A stretch of DNA of 64,000 nt from an uncultured Spirochaetota bacterium (GTDB taxonomy: Bacteria; Spirochaetota; Spirochaetia; Treponematales; UBA12059). The stretch covers positions 2,666 to 66,665 of the forward strand of contig CALMRC010000114.1 of assembly GCA_937873275.1 (NCBI GenBank). Direction: 5' to 3'. Numbering within the stretch: the stretch's first letter is position 1; every line of letters starts with the position of its first letter. The notes under the pieces were generated by a model, which worked only from the letters and a program-made list of their open reading frames with translations, was not told the origin of the DNA and searched no databases. Made by a program: the position numbers and the translations under genes. Shown here in pieces: positions 44,276-53,256 of this stretch.

Positions 44276-47200
44276 ATGAAAGCCATCCGTCCCGCATACC
44301 TCGTGCTCGCGCTGGCCGTCCTGGCCGCCGCCCCGTCCTCGGCGTACGACCCGCCTCGGGGCGGGGAATACGCCTCGCTCCTGACCTCGCCCTATCTCCT
44401 GGCGGGGGGGTCCTGGGCGGCTTCGACGGAATCCCCGGTATCCGACTATTTGAATCCCGCGGCCTCCGCGGGGCAGCAGCGGGTGGTTCTGGACGCCAAC
44501 TACGCGGCCATCGTGGGGATGGACGCCCAGACCGGGTGGGGTTCGGCCTTCAACCTCGGCTTCACGATCCCCAAACCCTACGGGGTCTGGACCGCCTCCG
44601 CCCAGTTCCTCTCGGTCCCGGACTCCCTGACCAGCCTTCCCTTGGGCACCGCCTTCCGGGTGGAGGGATCCATCGCCAAGGATCTTTCCCCCAACTTCTA
44701 CGCGGGCATCGGGGCGGGCCTCGTCATCGGGGACGACTGGGGCCTGGCCGCGGACCTGGGCATCCTTCACAAGGTCGGGAACCTAGCCTTCCTCAAGAAT
44801 TTCCAGTGGGGCCTGGTCGTCTCCGGCCTGGGCAAGCCGTACGTACCGGACGGACTCGGCGCCGCGGGCACGGCGGCCACGGCCTTCCCCAGCCCCTACA
44901 CCCTGACGGTCGGGGGGCGGGGCGATTTCGTGGATACCGAGAAATTCCGGGCCGGGCTCTCCCTGGACCTCTCGGCCCCGAGCTTCCAGAACCTCCTTGT
45001 GAACGCCGGCCTGGAGGGCTCCTTCCGGGAGAAGGTGATCCTCCGCCTGGGCTGGGGCCTCAATTTCCACGAGCTCTCCAACGGGCCCGCCGCACTCCTG
45101 CCCTCCTTCGGGCTCTTCGGGAAGTTCGAGCTGAACCGCAAGGCCGACGAGTCCTTCATCTCCAAGCAGGGCTGGGACCGCAGCGAACTCCGGCCCGGTT
45201 TCGCGGTGAAGCCCCTGTACGACGGGATCTACGCCTATTCCGCGGGCATCAACCTTCCCTTGGGCGTCGTGGACCGGGACGCCCCGGTCGTCCAGCTGAC
45301 GTATCCGGAAACCCCCTGGGGCGCCTATTACCTGTCTCCCAACTCGGACGGGAAGAACGACGAGCTGGTCCTTCCCCTGACCATCAAGGAACGCCGTTAC
45401 CTGGCGGGCTACACCATGACGGTGTACCGGGGGGATCCCGCCCCGGCCGGTTCCGCCGCGCCCGCCCAGGGCGCCCCCACGGCCCCGGCCGCCGGACCGG
45501 ACGCCCCGGCCTCCGGGGTTCCCGCCGAGGGGACCGCGGTTAGGATCATCGGCAACAAGGAGAGCCGCCCGGAGACCGCGGGGCTCGCGGGGTTCTGGGA
45601 CCGGGTCACCTACGTCAAGAAAGGCATCCCCGTACCGGAAAACCTGGTCTGGAACGGTTTCACCGAGGAAGGCAAGCCGGCCCCGGACGGTCGCTACACC
45701 CTGGTGGTGGAGGCGGTCGACGACAACGGCAACAAGGGACGGAGCGAGGTCTACGAGGTCTTCGTCGACTCGACGCCCCCCTCCGCGGAGATCGCCGCCC
45801 CCCGGGACCCGGCGGACCTCATCTTCAGCCCCGACGGAGACGGCGGCAAGGATACCCTGACGGTCCGCAAGTCCGGTTCCCGGGAGGACCTCTGGACCGC
45901 CCGGATCCTGGACGCCGCGGGGACCGCCGTACGGACGGTGGAATACAAGGAAGCCGCGCCCGCCGACTTCACCTGGGACGGCAAGAACGACGCCGGTGCC
46001 GTGGTACCCGACGGGGTGTATTCCTTCGTCCTGGAGTCCACGGACCGGGGCATGAACTCCATAGCCCGGCGCCTGGACAACATCGTGGTGAACACCCAGC
46101 AGCCCCCGATCACCATGTCCATCGACGTCTCGGCCTTCAGCCCCAACGGGGACGGGGCCCGGGACACGGTAACCCTCCAGCCCGGGGTTCCCATCCGGAC
46201 GGGCCTGGCCTCCTGGAAGCTGGCGGTCCTGGACGAGGGCAAGGCGGAGAAGTGGAGCCGAGCGGGGACCGACGCCGCGTCCCTGCCGGACCGCTGGACC
46301 TTCGACGGGAAGGACGCCTCCGGGCGGCTCCTGCCCGAGGGCAGCTACCGGGCCTTCCTGGAGGTCCGGTACGTGAACGGCTACAAGCCGTCCGCCACCT
46401 CCCCCCTCTTCGTGCTGGACGTGACGCCCCCCGCGGCCAAGGCCTCGGTGGAAAGGTCGACCTTCAATCCCGCCGGGACCGCGGGCCAGAACGCCGCGGT
46501 GCTGACCGCATCGGGCAGCCGGGAGATCACCTGGACCGCGGAGATCTCGGATCCCGCGGGCAAGGCCGTCCGGACCTGGACCTTCCCGTCGGAGCCCGAC
46601 GCCCGCATCGAGTGGGACGGTCGGGACGAGTCCGGCAAGATCGTCCCCGACGGCCGGTACGCCTTCCGGCTCAAGTCCGTGGACCGGGCCGGAAATCCCG
46701 GGGCCTCGGCCCCCGTCGAGCTTCGGGTGGACACCGAGAAAAAGGCCGCGGTCCTCTCCTCCGACGCCCGGGCCTTCAGCCCCAACGGGGACGGGGTCAA
46801 GGACGCGGTCCGCATCCTCCCGGAGGTCCGTTCCTCCGACGCCCCCGTCTCCTGGGAGGTCGTCGTGAAGGCCGCGGCCGGGGGAACCCCGGTCCGGTCC
46901 TGGAAGGGAACCGGCGCCGTACCCCGGGAACTCGTCTGGAACGGCAAGACCGACGGGGGCGCCTCGGCCCCGGACGGCTCCTACGAGGCGGAGCTGACGG
47001 TGCGGTTCGCCAACCTGGATACCGCCGTAGCCTCCTCCGGGGCGGTCGTCCTGGACACCGTGGCTCCGAAGGCCGAAGTGTCCGCGGCTCCCCTGCTCTT
47101 CAGCCCCAACGGGGACGGCCGGAAGGACGCGGTCGAGATCGCCCAGTCCGCGGCGGTGCCCGGGGACGACTGGCGTGGAACCCTGGCGGCCGCGAACGGG

Positions 47201-48472
47201 AGGATAGTCCGATCCTGGACCTGGCGGGGCGTCCTGGCGCCCGTCTCCTGGGACGGCAAGGACGAGGAGGGCAATCCCGTCCCCGACGGCCGGTATGTCT
47301 ACATCCTGGCCAGCGAGGACGCCGCGGGCAACAAGGCCGAATACCGGATCGACGGGATCGCCGCGGATACCCGGGCGGTCCAGGTCTTCCTGACCTCCAA
47401 CCGGGCGGGCTTCAGCCCGAACGGGGACGGCCGGTACGACGACATCCGCTTCAGCCCCATCGTGAACCTCCGGGAGGGGGTGGAATCCTGGAGCCTGGCC
47501 CTGACGGACTCCTCGGGGACAGCCCGGAGAACCTTCTCGGGGACGGCCATCGCCGCCCTGCCCCGGGAGATCCCCTGGGACGGCAAGGACGACCGGGGAG
47601 CCCCGGCGCCCCAGGGCGCCTACACCGCGGTGTTCACCGTGGTCTACGCCAAGGGCGACGCCCCCCAGGCCCGGACGAGCCCCTTCGCACTGGACACCGA
47701 GGGGCCCAAGGTGCGCCTGCGGACCAGCCCCGAATTCTTCAGCCCCGACAACGACGGGGTGGACGACGAGCTGACCGTGGCCATCGCCATCGAGGACGCC
47801 AGCCCCGTGGAGACCTGGCAGTTCGAGATCCTCGAATCCTCCGTGGAGGAAGGCTCGGGTCCCGCCAAGGTGCGGCTCTTCACGTCCTGGTCCGGGACCG
47901 GGAATCCCACGGAGCGCATCCTCTGGGACGGCCGCTCCAACAAGGGCGAGCTGGTCGAGGGCGCCACGGACTACCCCTACGCGATGACCGTCATGGACGC
48001 CTGGGGCAACTCCTCCAAGGTCGAGGGCAAGGTCACCGTGGACGTCCTGGTCATCCGGGACGGGGACCGGCTCAAGATCAAGGTCCCCTCCATCGTGTTC
48101 CGCTCCAATTTCGCGGACTTCAAGGACCTGCCCCAGGACAAGCTGGACCGCAACGACCAGGTGCTGAAACGGATCGCCCAGATCCTCAACCGGTTCCGGG
48201 ACTACAAGATCCGGGTCGAGGGCCACGCCAACAGCATCGGGAAGATCTACGGATACTCCGCGGCCCAGGTGAACAAGGAGGAGACCGAGGAGCTTCTGCC
48301 CCTGTCCCTGGCCCGGGCCGAGGCCGTCCGGGACCAGCTCATCAAGTTCGGGGTGGACGCCCGACGGCTGTCGGTCCGGGGCCTCGGATCCAGCGAACCG
48401 GTGGTGGACTTCAAGGACGCGGATAACCGCTGGAAGAATCGCCGGGTCGAGTTTATCCTGATCAAGGAGTGA
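44276..48472 (+). CDS. Very large OmpA-family outer-membrane protein with eight FlgD-Ig-like repeats
   Basis: AAGGAG RBS and signal peptide (AYLVLALAVLAAAPSSA). There are eight ~100-aa repeats with F(S/N)P(N/D)(G/S/N)DG-x-x-D motifs. The C-terminal OmpA domain is RVEGHANS...NRWKNRRVEFIL. Confidence 0.85.
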   Translation: MKAIRPAYLVLALAVLAAAPSSAYDPPRGGEYASLLTSPYLLAGGSWAASTESPVSDYLNPAASAGQQRVVLDANYAAIVGMDAQTGWGSAFNLGFTIPKPYGVWTASAQFLSVPDSLTSLPLGTAFRVEGSIAKDLSPNFYAGIGAGLVIGDDWGLAADLGILHKVGNLAFLKNFQWGLVVSGLGKPYVPDGLGAAGTAATAFPSPYTLTVGGRGDFVDTEKFRAGLSLDLSAPSFQNLLVNAGLEGSFREKVILRLGWGLNFHELSNGPAALLPSFGLFGKFELNRKADESFISKQGWDRSELRPGFAVKPLYDGIYAYSAGINLPLGVVDRDAPVVQLTYPETPWGAYYLSPNSDGKNDELVLPLTIKERRYLAGYTMTVYRGDPAPAGSAAPAQGAPTAPAAGPDAPASGVPAEGTAVRIIGNKESRPETAGLAGFWDRVTYVKKGIPVPENLVWNGFTEEGKPAPDGRYTLVVEAVDDNGNKGRSEVYEVFVDSTPPSAEIAAPRDPADLIFSPDGDGGKDTLTVRKSGSREDLWTARILDAAGTAVRTVEYKEAAPADFTWDGKNDAGAVVPDGVYSFVLESTDRGMNSIARRLDNIVVNTQQPPITMSIDVSAFSPNGDGARDTVTLQPGVPIRTGLASWKLAVLDEGKAEKWSRAGTDAASLPDRWTFDGKDASGRLLPEGSYRAFLEVRYVNGYKPSATSPLFVLDVTPPAAKASVERSTFNPAGTAGQNAAVLTASGSREITWTAEISDPAGKAVRTWTFPSEPDARIEWDGRDESGKIVPDGRYAFRLKSVDRAGNPGASAPVELRVDTEKKAAVLSSDARAFSPNGDGVKDAVRILPEVRSSDAPVSWEVVVKAAAGGTPVRSWKGTGAVPRELVWNGKTDGGASAPDGSYEAELTVRFANLDTAVASSGAVVLDTVAPKAEVSAAPLLFSPNGDGRKDAVEIAQSAAVPGDDWRGTLAAANGRIVRSWTWRGVLAPVSWDGKDEEGNPVPDGRYVYILASEDAAGNKAEYRIDGIAADTRAVQVFLTSNRAGFSPNGDGRYDDIRFSPIVNLREGVESWSLALTDSSGTARRTFSGTAIAALPREIPWDGKDDRGAPAPQGAYTAVFTVVYAKGDAPQARTSPFALDTEGPKVRLRTSPEFFSPDNDGVDDELTVAIAIEDASPVETWQFEILESSVEEGSGPAKVRLFTSWSGTGNPTERILWDGRSNKGELVEGATDYPYAMTVMDAWGNSSKVEGKVTVDVLVIRDGDRLKIKVPSIVFRSNFADFKDLPQDKLDRNDQVLKRIAQILNRFRDYKIRVEGHANSIGKIYGYSAAQVNKEETEELLPLSLARAEAVRDQLIKFGVDARRLSVRGLGSSEPVVDFKDADNRWKNRRVEFILIKE

Positions 48473-48519
48473 GCCCGCGACGGCGGGCCCCGAACCGGGC
48501 CCGCTGCGGATTTCTCGGG

Positions 48520-48567
48520 ATCCGGCGTCCTCCTCCCTTCCGGGGACGGGGACGCCGGATTTATTTC
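48520..48567 (+). terminator. Terminator of the OmpA-family gene
   Basis: ATCCGGCGTCC (48520-48530) pairs with GGACGCCGGAT (48550-48560) and is followed by TTATTT. Confidence 0.6.
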
Positions 48568-48602
48568 AGGATTTGTTCCTGAAACCTGAATACCTGTATA
48601 TT
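48564..48602 (+). promoter_or_regulatory. Promoter candidate with an overlapping palindromic operator upstream of the DAK2-DegV gene
   Basis: The palindrome TTTCAGGA-TTTGT-TCCTGAAA (48564-48584) overlaps TTGTTC (48573-48578). An 18-nt spacer and the extended -10 TGTATATT (48595-48602) follow. Confidence 0.4.
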
Positions 48603-48659
48603 GTCTAAAACGTAGAACAGAATCCGCGGTCCGAGCGCGGCCGGGGACGGGGAGGAGCG

Positions 48660-50444
48660 GTGCACGAACTCGACGGACATCAGATCTACCGGGTGTTCCG
48701 GGCGGGAGCCCGACGGGTCCTGGGGGTGCGCAGGGAGCTGGACCGGATCAACGTCTTTCCCGTGCCCGACGGGGATACGGGAACCAACCTGGCGGCCACC
48801 CTGGCCACGGCGGTGGAAAGCTCCCGGCCCACGGATTCCGCCGTCAAGACCATGGAGAACATCGCCGACGCGGCCCTCGCCGGAGCCCGGGGTAACTCGG
48901 GGGTCATCTTCGCCCAGTTCATCTCGGGATTCTACGAGGCCCTCACGGACGCCGCGACGATAAGCATGGAAAAGTTCGTCGCCGCGGTGGAGAACGCCTA
49001 CACCCGGTCCCGCTCCGCCATCTCCAATCCCCGGGACGGGACCATCCTGTCCATGATCGGGGACTGGGCTGCCGCCCTCCGGACCGAGCTCGGACGGGCC
49101 AAGAATTTCCGGGAACTTCTGGGGGGCACCCTTCCCGCCCTCCGGAATTCCCTGGCGGACACCCCCAACCGCCTGGCGGAGCTCAAGGCCGCGGGGGTCG
49201 TGGACGCCGGGGCCAGCGGTTTCCTGGCCTTCGTCGCGGGAGCCCACGCCTACGTGGACGGAGGGGAGGGGGCGGAGGAGTCCCTGGACCTGTCGGACCT
49301 GGATTCCGGCGGGGAGGCCCCGGACCTGCACGACCTGCGGGAGCTCAAGTACCGGTACTGCACGGAGGCCCTGGTGGTGGGGGAATCCCTGGATCCCGAG
49401 GCCGTCCGGGCCGAGGTCTCCGACCTGGGGGATTCCCTGATCGCGGCGGGGAACCGAAGGAAGCTCCGGATCCACATCCACACGGACCGTCCCGCGGACC
49501 TGATCGAGCGGCTTTCGGCCCGGGGGGACGTCCTCCAGCAGAAGGTGGACGACATGCGGGAGCAGTTCCTGGCGGCCCACGCCCGGAAATACCCTATAGC
49601 CGTGGTCACCGACTCCGCCTGCGACCTTCCCCCGGAGATCCTGGAGGAATACCAGGTGCACGTGGTGCCCCTCCAGATCCGGGTGGGCGAGATCGAGTAC
49701 CTGGACCGCCGCACCCTATCGCCGGAGCGGTTCTACGACCTGGCGGACCGGGCCCCCTCCTTCCCCAAGTCCTCCCAGCCCTCCGGGGCCGTCTTCCTCC
49801 GGACCTACCGCTTCCTGGCGGAGCACTACGAGTCGATCCTGGCGGTGCATCTGTCGGGGAGGCTCTCCGGCACCCTGGAGGCGAGCCGCCGGGCCGCCGA
49901 ACAGGTTTCCGCGGAAACCGGGAAGCGCATCGACGTGGTGGATTCCCGCCACCTGTCCGGCTCCCTGGGCCTGGTGGTCCTGCGGGCGGCCCGGGCCGTG
50001 GCGGACGGGTGGACCCACGAGCGGATCCTGGCGGACCTCCCGACCTGGTCCGACAAGGCGGACATCCTGGTCTCCGTGCGGACCCTCCGGTACATGGTCC
50101 GGGGCGGCCGGGTGAGCCCCCTCCAGGGGCTGGCCGCGAAGGTACTCAACCTCAAGCCCATCGTTTCCTTGGAGAGGGACGGTTCCTCCAAGCTCTACGG
50201 GAAGGCCTTCAGCGTGGAGGCCAACCTGCGGAAGATCCTGGAGATGACGAGGGGAAAGCAGGCGGGACGAGGGCTCCGGAACTACGCGGTCGTCCACGCC
50301 CACGACCCCGAGGGAGCCCGGAACCTCGCCCGGCGGCTGGAGGATGCCCTCGGGTTCCCCCCGGAATACATCATGGAGATCTCGTCCGTGATCGCCCTGA
50401 ACGCGGGCCGGGGCGCCCTGGCCGTCGTGTCCATGGCCGAGTAG
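48660..50444 (+). CDS. DAK2 (DhaL-like) domain - DegV (fatty-acid binding) fusion protein
   Basis: GTG start. The N-terminus has the DhaL-type motifs INVFPVPDGDTGTN and GARGNSGVI. The C-terminal half is DegV-like (IAVVTDSACDLP...SSQPS...HLSGRLSGT). Confidence 0.8.
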   Translation: MHELDGHQIYRVFRAGARRVLGVRRELDRINVFPVPDGDTGTNLAATLATAVESSRPTDSAVKTMENIADAALAGARGNSGVIFAQFISGFYEALTDAATISMEKFVAAVENAYTRSRSAISNPRDGTILSMIGDWAAALRTELGRAKNFRELLGGTLPALRNSLADTPNRLAELKAAGVVDAGASGFLAFVAGAHAYVDGGEGAEESLDLSDLDSGGEAPDLHDLRELKYRYCTEALVVGESLDPEAVRAEVSDLGDSLIAAGNRRKLRIHIHTDRPADLIERLSARGDVLQQKVDDMREQFLAAHARKYPIAVVTDSACDLPPEILEEYQVHVVPLQIRVGEIEYLDRRTLSPERFYDLADRAPSFPKSSQPSGAVFLRTYRFLAEHYESILAVHLSGRLSGTLEASRRAAEQVSAETGKRIDVVDSRHLSGSLGLVVLRAARAVADGWTHERILADLPTWSDKADILVSVRTLRYMVRGGRVSPLQGLAAKVLNLKPIVSLERDGSSKLYGKAFSVEANLRKILEMTRGKQAGRGLRNYAVVHAHDPEGARNLARRLEDALGFPPEYIMEISSVIALNAGRGALAVVSMAE

Positions 50445-50527
50445 AATCCCGGCTCCGGCGGCCCGGTGGCGTCCGGTCGCCCCGCCGGGCGAGCCCCGGC
50501 CCGTCCGGGCAGGATTCCCGGATTCCC

Positions 50528-53089
50528 CTATTCCTCTTCCTCAAGATCCTCCGGGGTCCGGGCCCCCAGGATCCGGGCCACCCGGTCCGGCTGCTTCAGA
50601 GCCTGGGCGATCAGGGAGAGGGTCCGGAGGTGATCCTCCGGGGACTGGGAGCTGGGGGCGCAGAGCAGGACGACGATGCGCACGGGCTCCTCCAGGGCCA
50701 GGAGCCGGAGCCCCGCGGGCTTGGCTCCGATCAGCACCCGGGGCTCGTCGATGATGTCCACGTGGGCGTGGAGCAGGAGGACCCCGGGCGCCAGCTCGAT
50801 CGGCTGCTTCTGGGCGATGTCCGCGTAGAGGCCCGTCAGGCGGTTGACGCTCCGCCGGTCGCCCGGGAATCCCCGCTCCAGGAGGATGCGGATAACGTCC
50901 ACGACCGCCGCGGCGGGCAGGTTCGGCAGGACCCGGCCGGCCCTCGCCAGGGACCGGTAGAACAGGTCCGGCGGGCCGGGAGGCTCGGCGGCGGGGCGGC
51001 CCGCGGGCGCCGGAGTCGGCTCCGGGGCTTCCCGGGCCTCGGGGGGCCGGAACTCCGCGGGTTCCGCGACGGCCGTCGAACCGGCCGCCGCAAAGTCCTT
51101 CGGAAGGCCCTCCTCGTCGGGGAGGTAGAACACCAGGAGGGTGGATTCCGGGAAGGCTTCCGCGGCGTCCCGGGGCAGCTGCTCCAGGGAGGGGTGCCAG
51201 GCCAGGCGGCCCGGGCGGGGACAGAGGAATAGGAACGCGGTGCCCTCGGGCTGCTTGTCGATGGCCTGCGGGAACTCCTTCCAGGTTTCCAGTTCCAGGA
51301 TATGGGGCGCCGATCCCCGGACCTTGCGGAGGGAAGTCCGGACCCCCGACGAATCCGAGACGAGGGTGATGACCGTCAGCTTGGCGGGCACTCCGCCCAG
51401 GATCCGGCGCAGGAGGGCGTAGGCCCGGGCCGCCCCGGGGTTGCGCTCCACGAAGGGCGGGATGACCAGGACCAGGGAGGGGGATTCCGGCAGGGACCGG
51501 CGCAGGCGGGCCACGACGGTCAACTGACGGCCCGCCGCCACGACCTGGTCGATCACGTCCCCGAAGATGGCTCCCGAAGGCCGGGGCGGGCGGTTCCATC
51601 CCACCAGGACCGTGGTGGCTTCCTGCTCCTGGGCGGCTTGGAGGATACCCTCCGCGGCGTTGAGACTTACCCGGGTGGAGGGCCGGACCGGGATCCCCTC
51701 GGCTACCCCCTGGGCGATCGCCTGGGCCAGGACCGTCTCCGCCTGTTCCAGGTCCCGATCCGCGCCGGGGGAATCCTGGACGACGCAGACCGGCAGCACG
51801 GGTTCCGAGGACTTGGGATCCCGCATCAGGAACGCGAAATCCGCCAGGGGCCGGAGGGTCCCGGGGTTGGAGACGGCGATCAGGATGCGTTCCCCGGGAA
51901 AGCCCGCACCGCCGGGACCCCGGGAGGTCTCCACCGCCAGGCCCGTCGCCGCCCTCCGGGTTACGATCGGCCCCAGGACGCAGGTCGCTATGAACATGAC
52001 CACGGTTCCCGCCAGGACCGAGTCCCCCAGGATGCCCAGACGGTAGCCGACCAGGGCCGCGGCCAGGGTGGACGCCGTCTGGTTGACCGAGAGCCCGAAG
52101 GACAGGTTCACCTCCCCCAGGGAAAATCCGAACAGGGGCTTCAGGATGAGGGAGGAGGAATATTTCGAGACCAGGATGACACCCAGCATGACGGCCGCAA
52201 GGCCCGCCATTCCCGGGTCCGTGACGAGGGCCCGGGCGTCGGTCAGGGCACCGATGTAGAAGATGCACAGAGGCACGAAGAGGGCGTCCCCGGCGAATTT
52301 GAGCAGGGACATGAGGCCGCTCCGTTCAGGGATGTACCGGTTCAGAAGGATTCCCGCGGCGAAGGCGCCCACGGCGGGCTCGATGCCCGCCCGGCCCGCG
52401 GAAGCGGCGCAGAACAGGGCGACCGCCAGGGCGAACAGGAATTCCGAAGGACCGCCGGACTTGATCCGCCGGAAGAAGCGCCGGATGACCGGGGGCAGGA
52501 GCAGGGCCGCCCCGACGGTCCAGGCCGCGAGGATCCCCACCGTTCGAAGCCAGAACCTCCAGTCCGGTCCGGAACCGGCGGTGGTCAGGGCCAGGGCCGC
52601 CATGGCCAGGATGTCCGTGATGGTCGTGGCTCCGATGGAGGCGTAGACCGCCCGGCTGCCCGCGAGCCCCATCGCCTGGACGATGGGGTAGGGGAGCATG
52701 GTGTGGGACGCGAAGAGGCTGCCGAAGAGGATTGCGGGTACCGGAGGAAGCCGGAAGACCCAGATGCCCGCGGCGTATCCCAGTCCCAGGGGGATCAGGA
52801 AGGTCAGGGCCCCGAACGCCGCGGCGTCTCCGCTCTTCCGGCGGAGCTTCCGGAGGTCCAGCTCGAGTCCGGCGGTGAAGAAGATGTACAGCAGCCCGAA
52901 TCCCCCCGCCGCCTCCAGGAATCCCGTCGCCTCGAGCACCCCCAGGCCGCGGGGCCCCAGGAGGATGCCGGCCAGCACCGTCCCCACCAGCCCGGGAAGG
53001 CGGACCAGCTCCGCCAGGATGGGAGCCGCGAACAGGGACGCGAAGAGTACGAAAAACACGCCGACCGGATCGGTGACGGGGAGGTCCAT
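50528..53089 (-). CDS. CPA2-type cation:proton antiporter fused to a cytoplasmic regulatory region ending in a PTS EIIA(Ntr)-like domain
   Basis: The N-terminal ~390 aa is a polytopic Na+/H+-exchanger type. The C-terminus, GVLLLHAHVDIIDEPRVLIGAKP...IVVLLCAPS...HLRTLSLIAQAL, resembles PTS_EIIA_2. Confidence 0.75.
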   Translation of the reverse strand: MDLPVTDPVGVFFVLFASLFAAPILAELVRLPGLVGTVLAGILLGPRGLGVLEATGFLEAAGGFGLLYIFFTAGLELDLRKLRRKSGDAAAFGALTFLIPLGLGYAAGIWVFRLPPVPAILFGSLFASHTMLPYPIVQAMGLAGSRAVYASIGATTITDILAMAALALTTAGSGPDWRFWLRTVGILAAWTVGAALLLPPVIRRFFRRIKSGGPSEFLFALAVALFCAASAGRAGIEPAVGAFAAGILLNRYIPERSGLMSLLKFAGDALFVPLCIFYIGALTDARALVTDPGMAGLAAVMLGVILVSKYSSSLILKPLFGFSLGEVNLSFGLSVNQTASTLAAALVGYRLGILGDSVLAGTVVMFIATCVLGPIVTRRAATGLAVETSRGPGGAGFPGERILIAVSNPGTLRPLADFAFLMRDPKSSEPVLPVCVVQDSPGADRDLEQAETVLAQAIAQGVAEGIPVRPSTRVSLNAAEGILQAAQEQEATTVLVGWNRPPRPSGAIFGDVIDQVVAAGRQLTVVARLRRSLPESPSLVLVIPPFVERNPGAARAYALLRRILGGVPAKLTVITLVSDSSGVRTSLRKVRGSAPHILELETWKEFPQAIDKQPEGTAFLFLCPRPGRLAWHPSLEQLPRDAAEAFPESTLLVFYLPDEEGLPKDFAAAGSTAVAEPAEFRPPEAREAPEPTPAPAGRPAAEPPGPPDLFYRSLARAGRVLPNLPAAAVVDVIRILLERGFPGDRRSVNRLTGLYADIAQKQPIELAPGVLLLHAHVDIIDEPRVLIGAKPAGLRLLALEEPVRIVVLLCAPSSQSPEDHLRTLSLIAQALKQPDRVARILGARTPEDLEEEE

Positions 53090-53127
53090 ATATAGATGCT
53101 AATGCGAGATAGCGGGGAGCGCAAGCT

Positions 53128-53256
53128 GTAAACGGTGGACGGTGGACGGTGGACGGAAATGTGAGACCGTACGCGGGCGCATCCCACGCTGATGCGGGGA
53201 ACGGGACGGTCCTCGTGTGCCGTCCCCGTCCACGTACCACCGTTCACGGTTCACCG
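53128..53256. repeat. Heptamer-array inverted-repeat element, copy D (GTGRACN family, cleanest copy)
   Basis: GTAAACG GTGGACG GTGGACG GTGGACG G (53128-53156), 64-nt core with nested hairpins, then CGTCCC CGTCCAC GTACCAC CGTTCAC GGTTCAC CG (53221-53256). Confidence 0.85.

Noticed and set aside
45300-47800. FSPNGDG repeat region as a diversity-generating retroelement target or phase-variable repeat
   Set aside because: There is no reverse transcriptase and no template-repeat copy in the window. The repeats are diverged at the DNA level and in frame, consistent with ordinary domain duplication.
44783-48426. ORFs 44783..48226(-) of 1147 aa and 46252..48426(+) of 724 aa
   Set aside because: They overlap the OmpA-family gene, which has clear repeats and an OmpA domain. 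Both are Gly/Arg/Pro-rich with no motifs.
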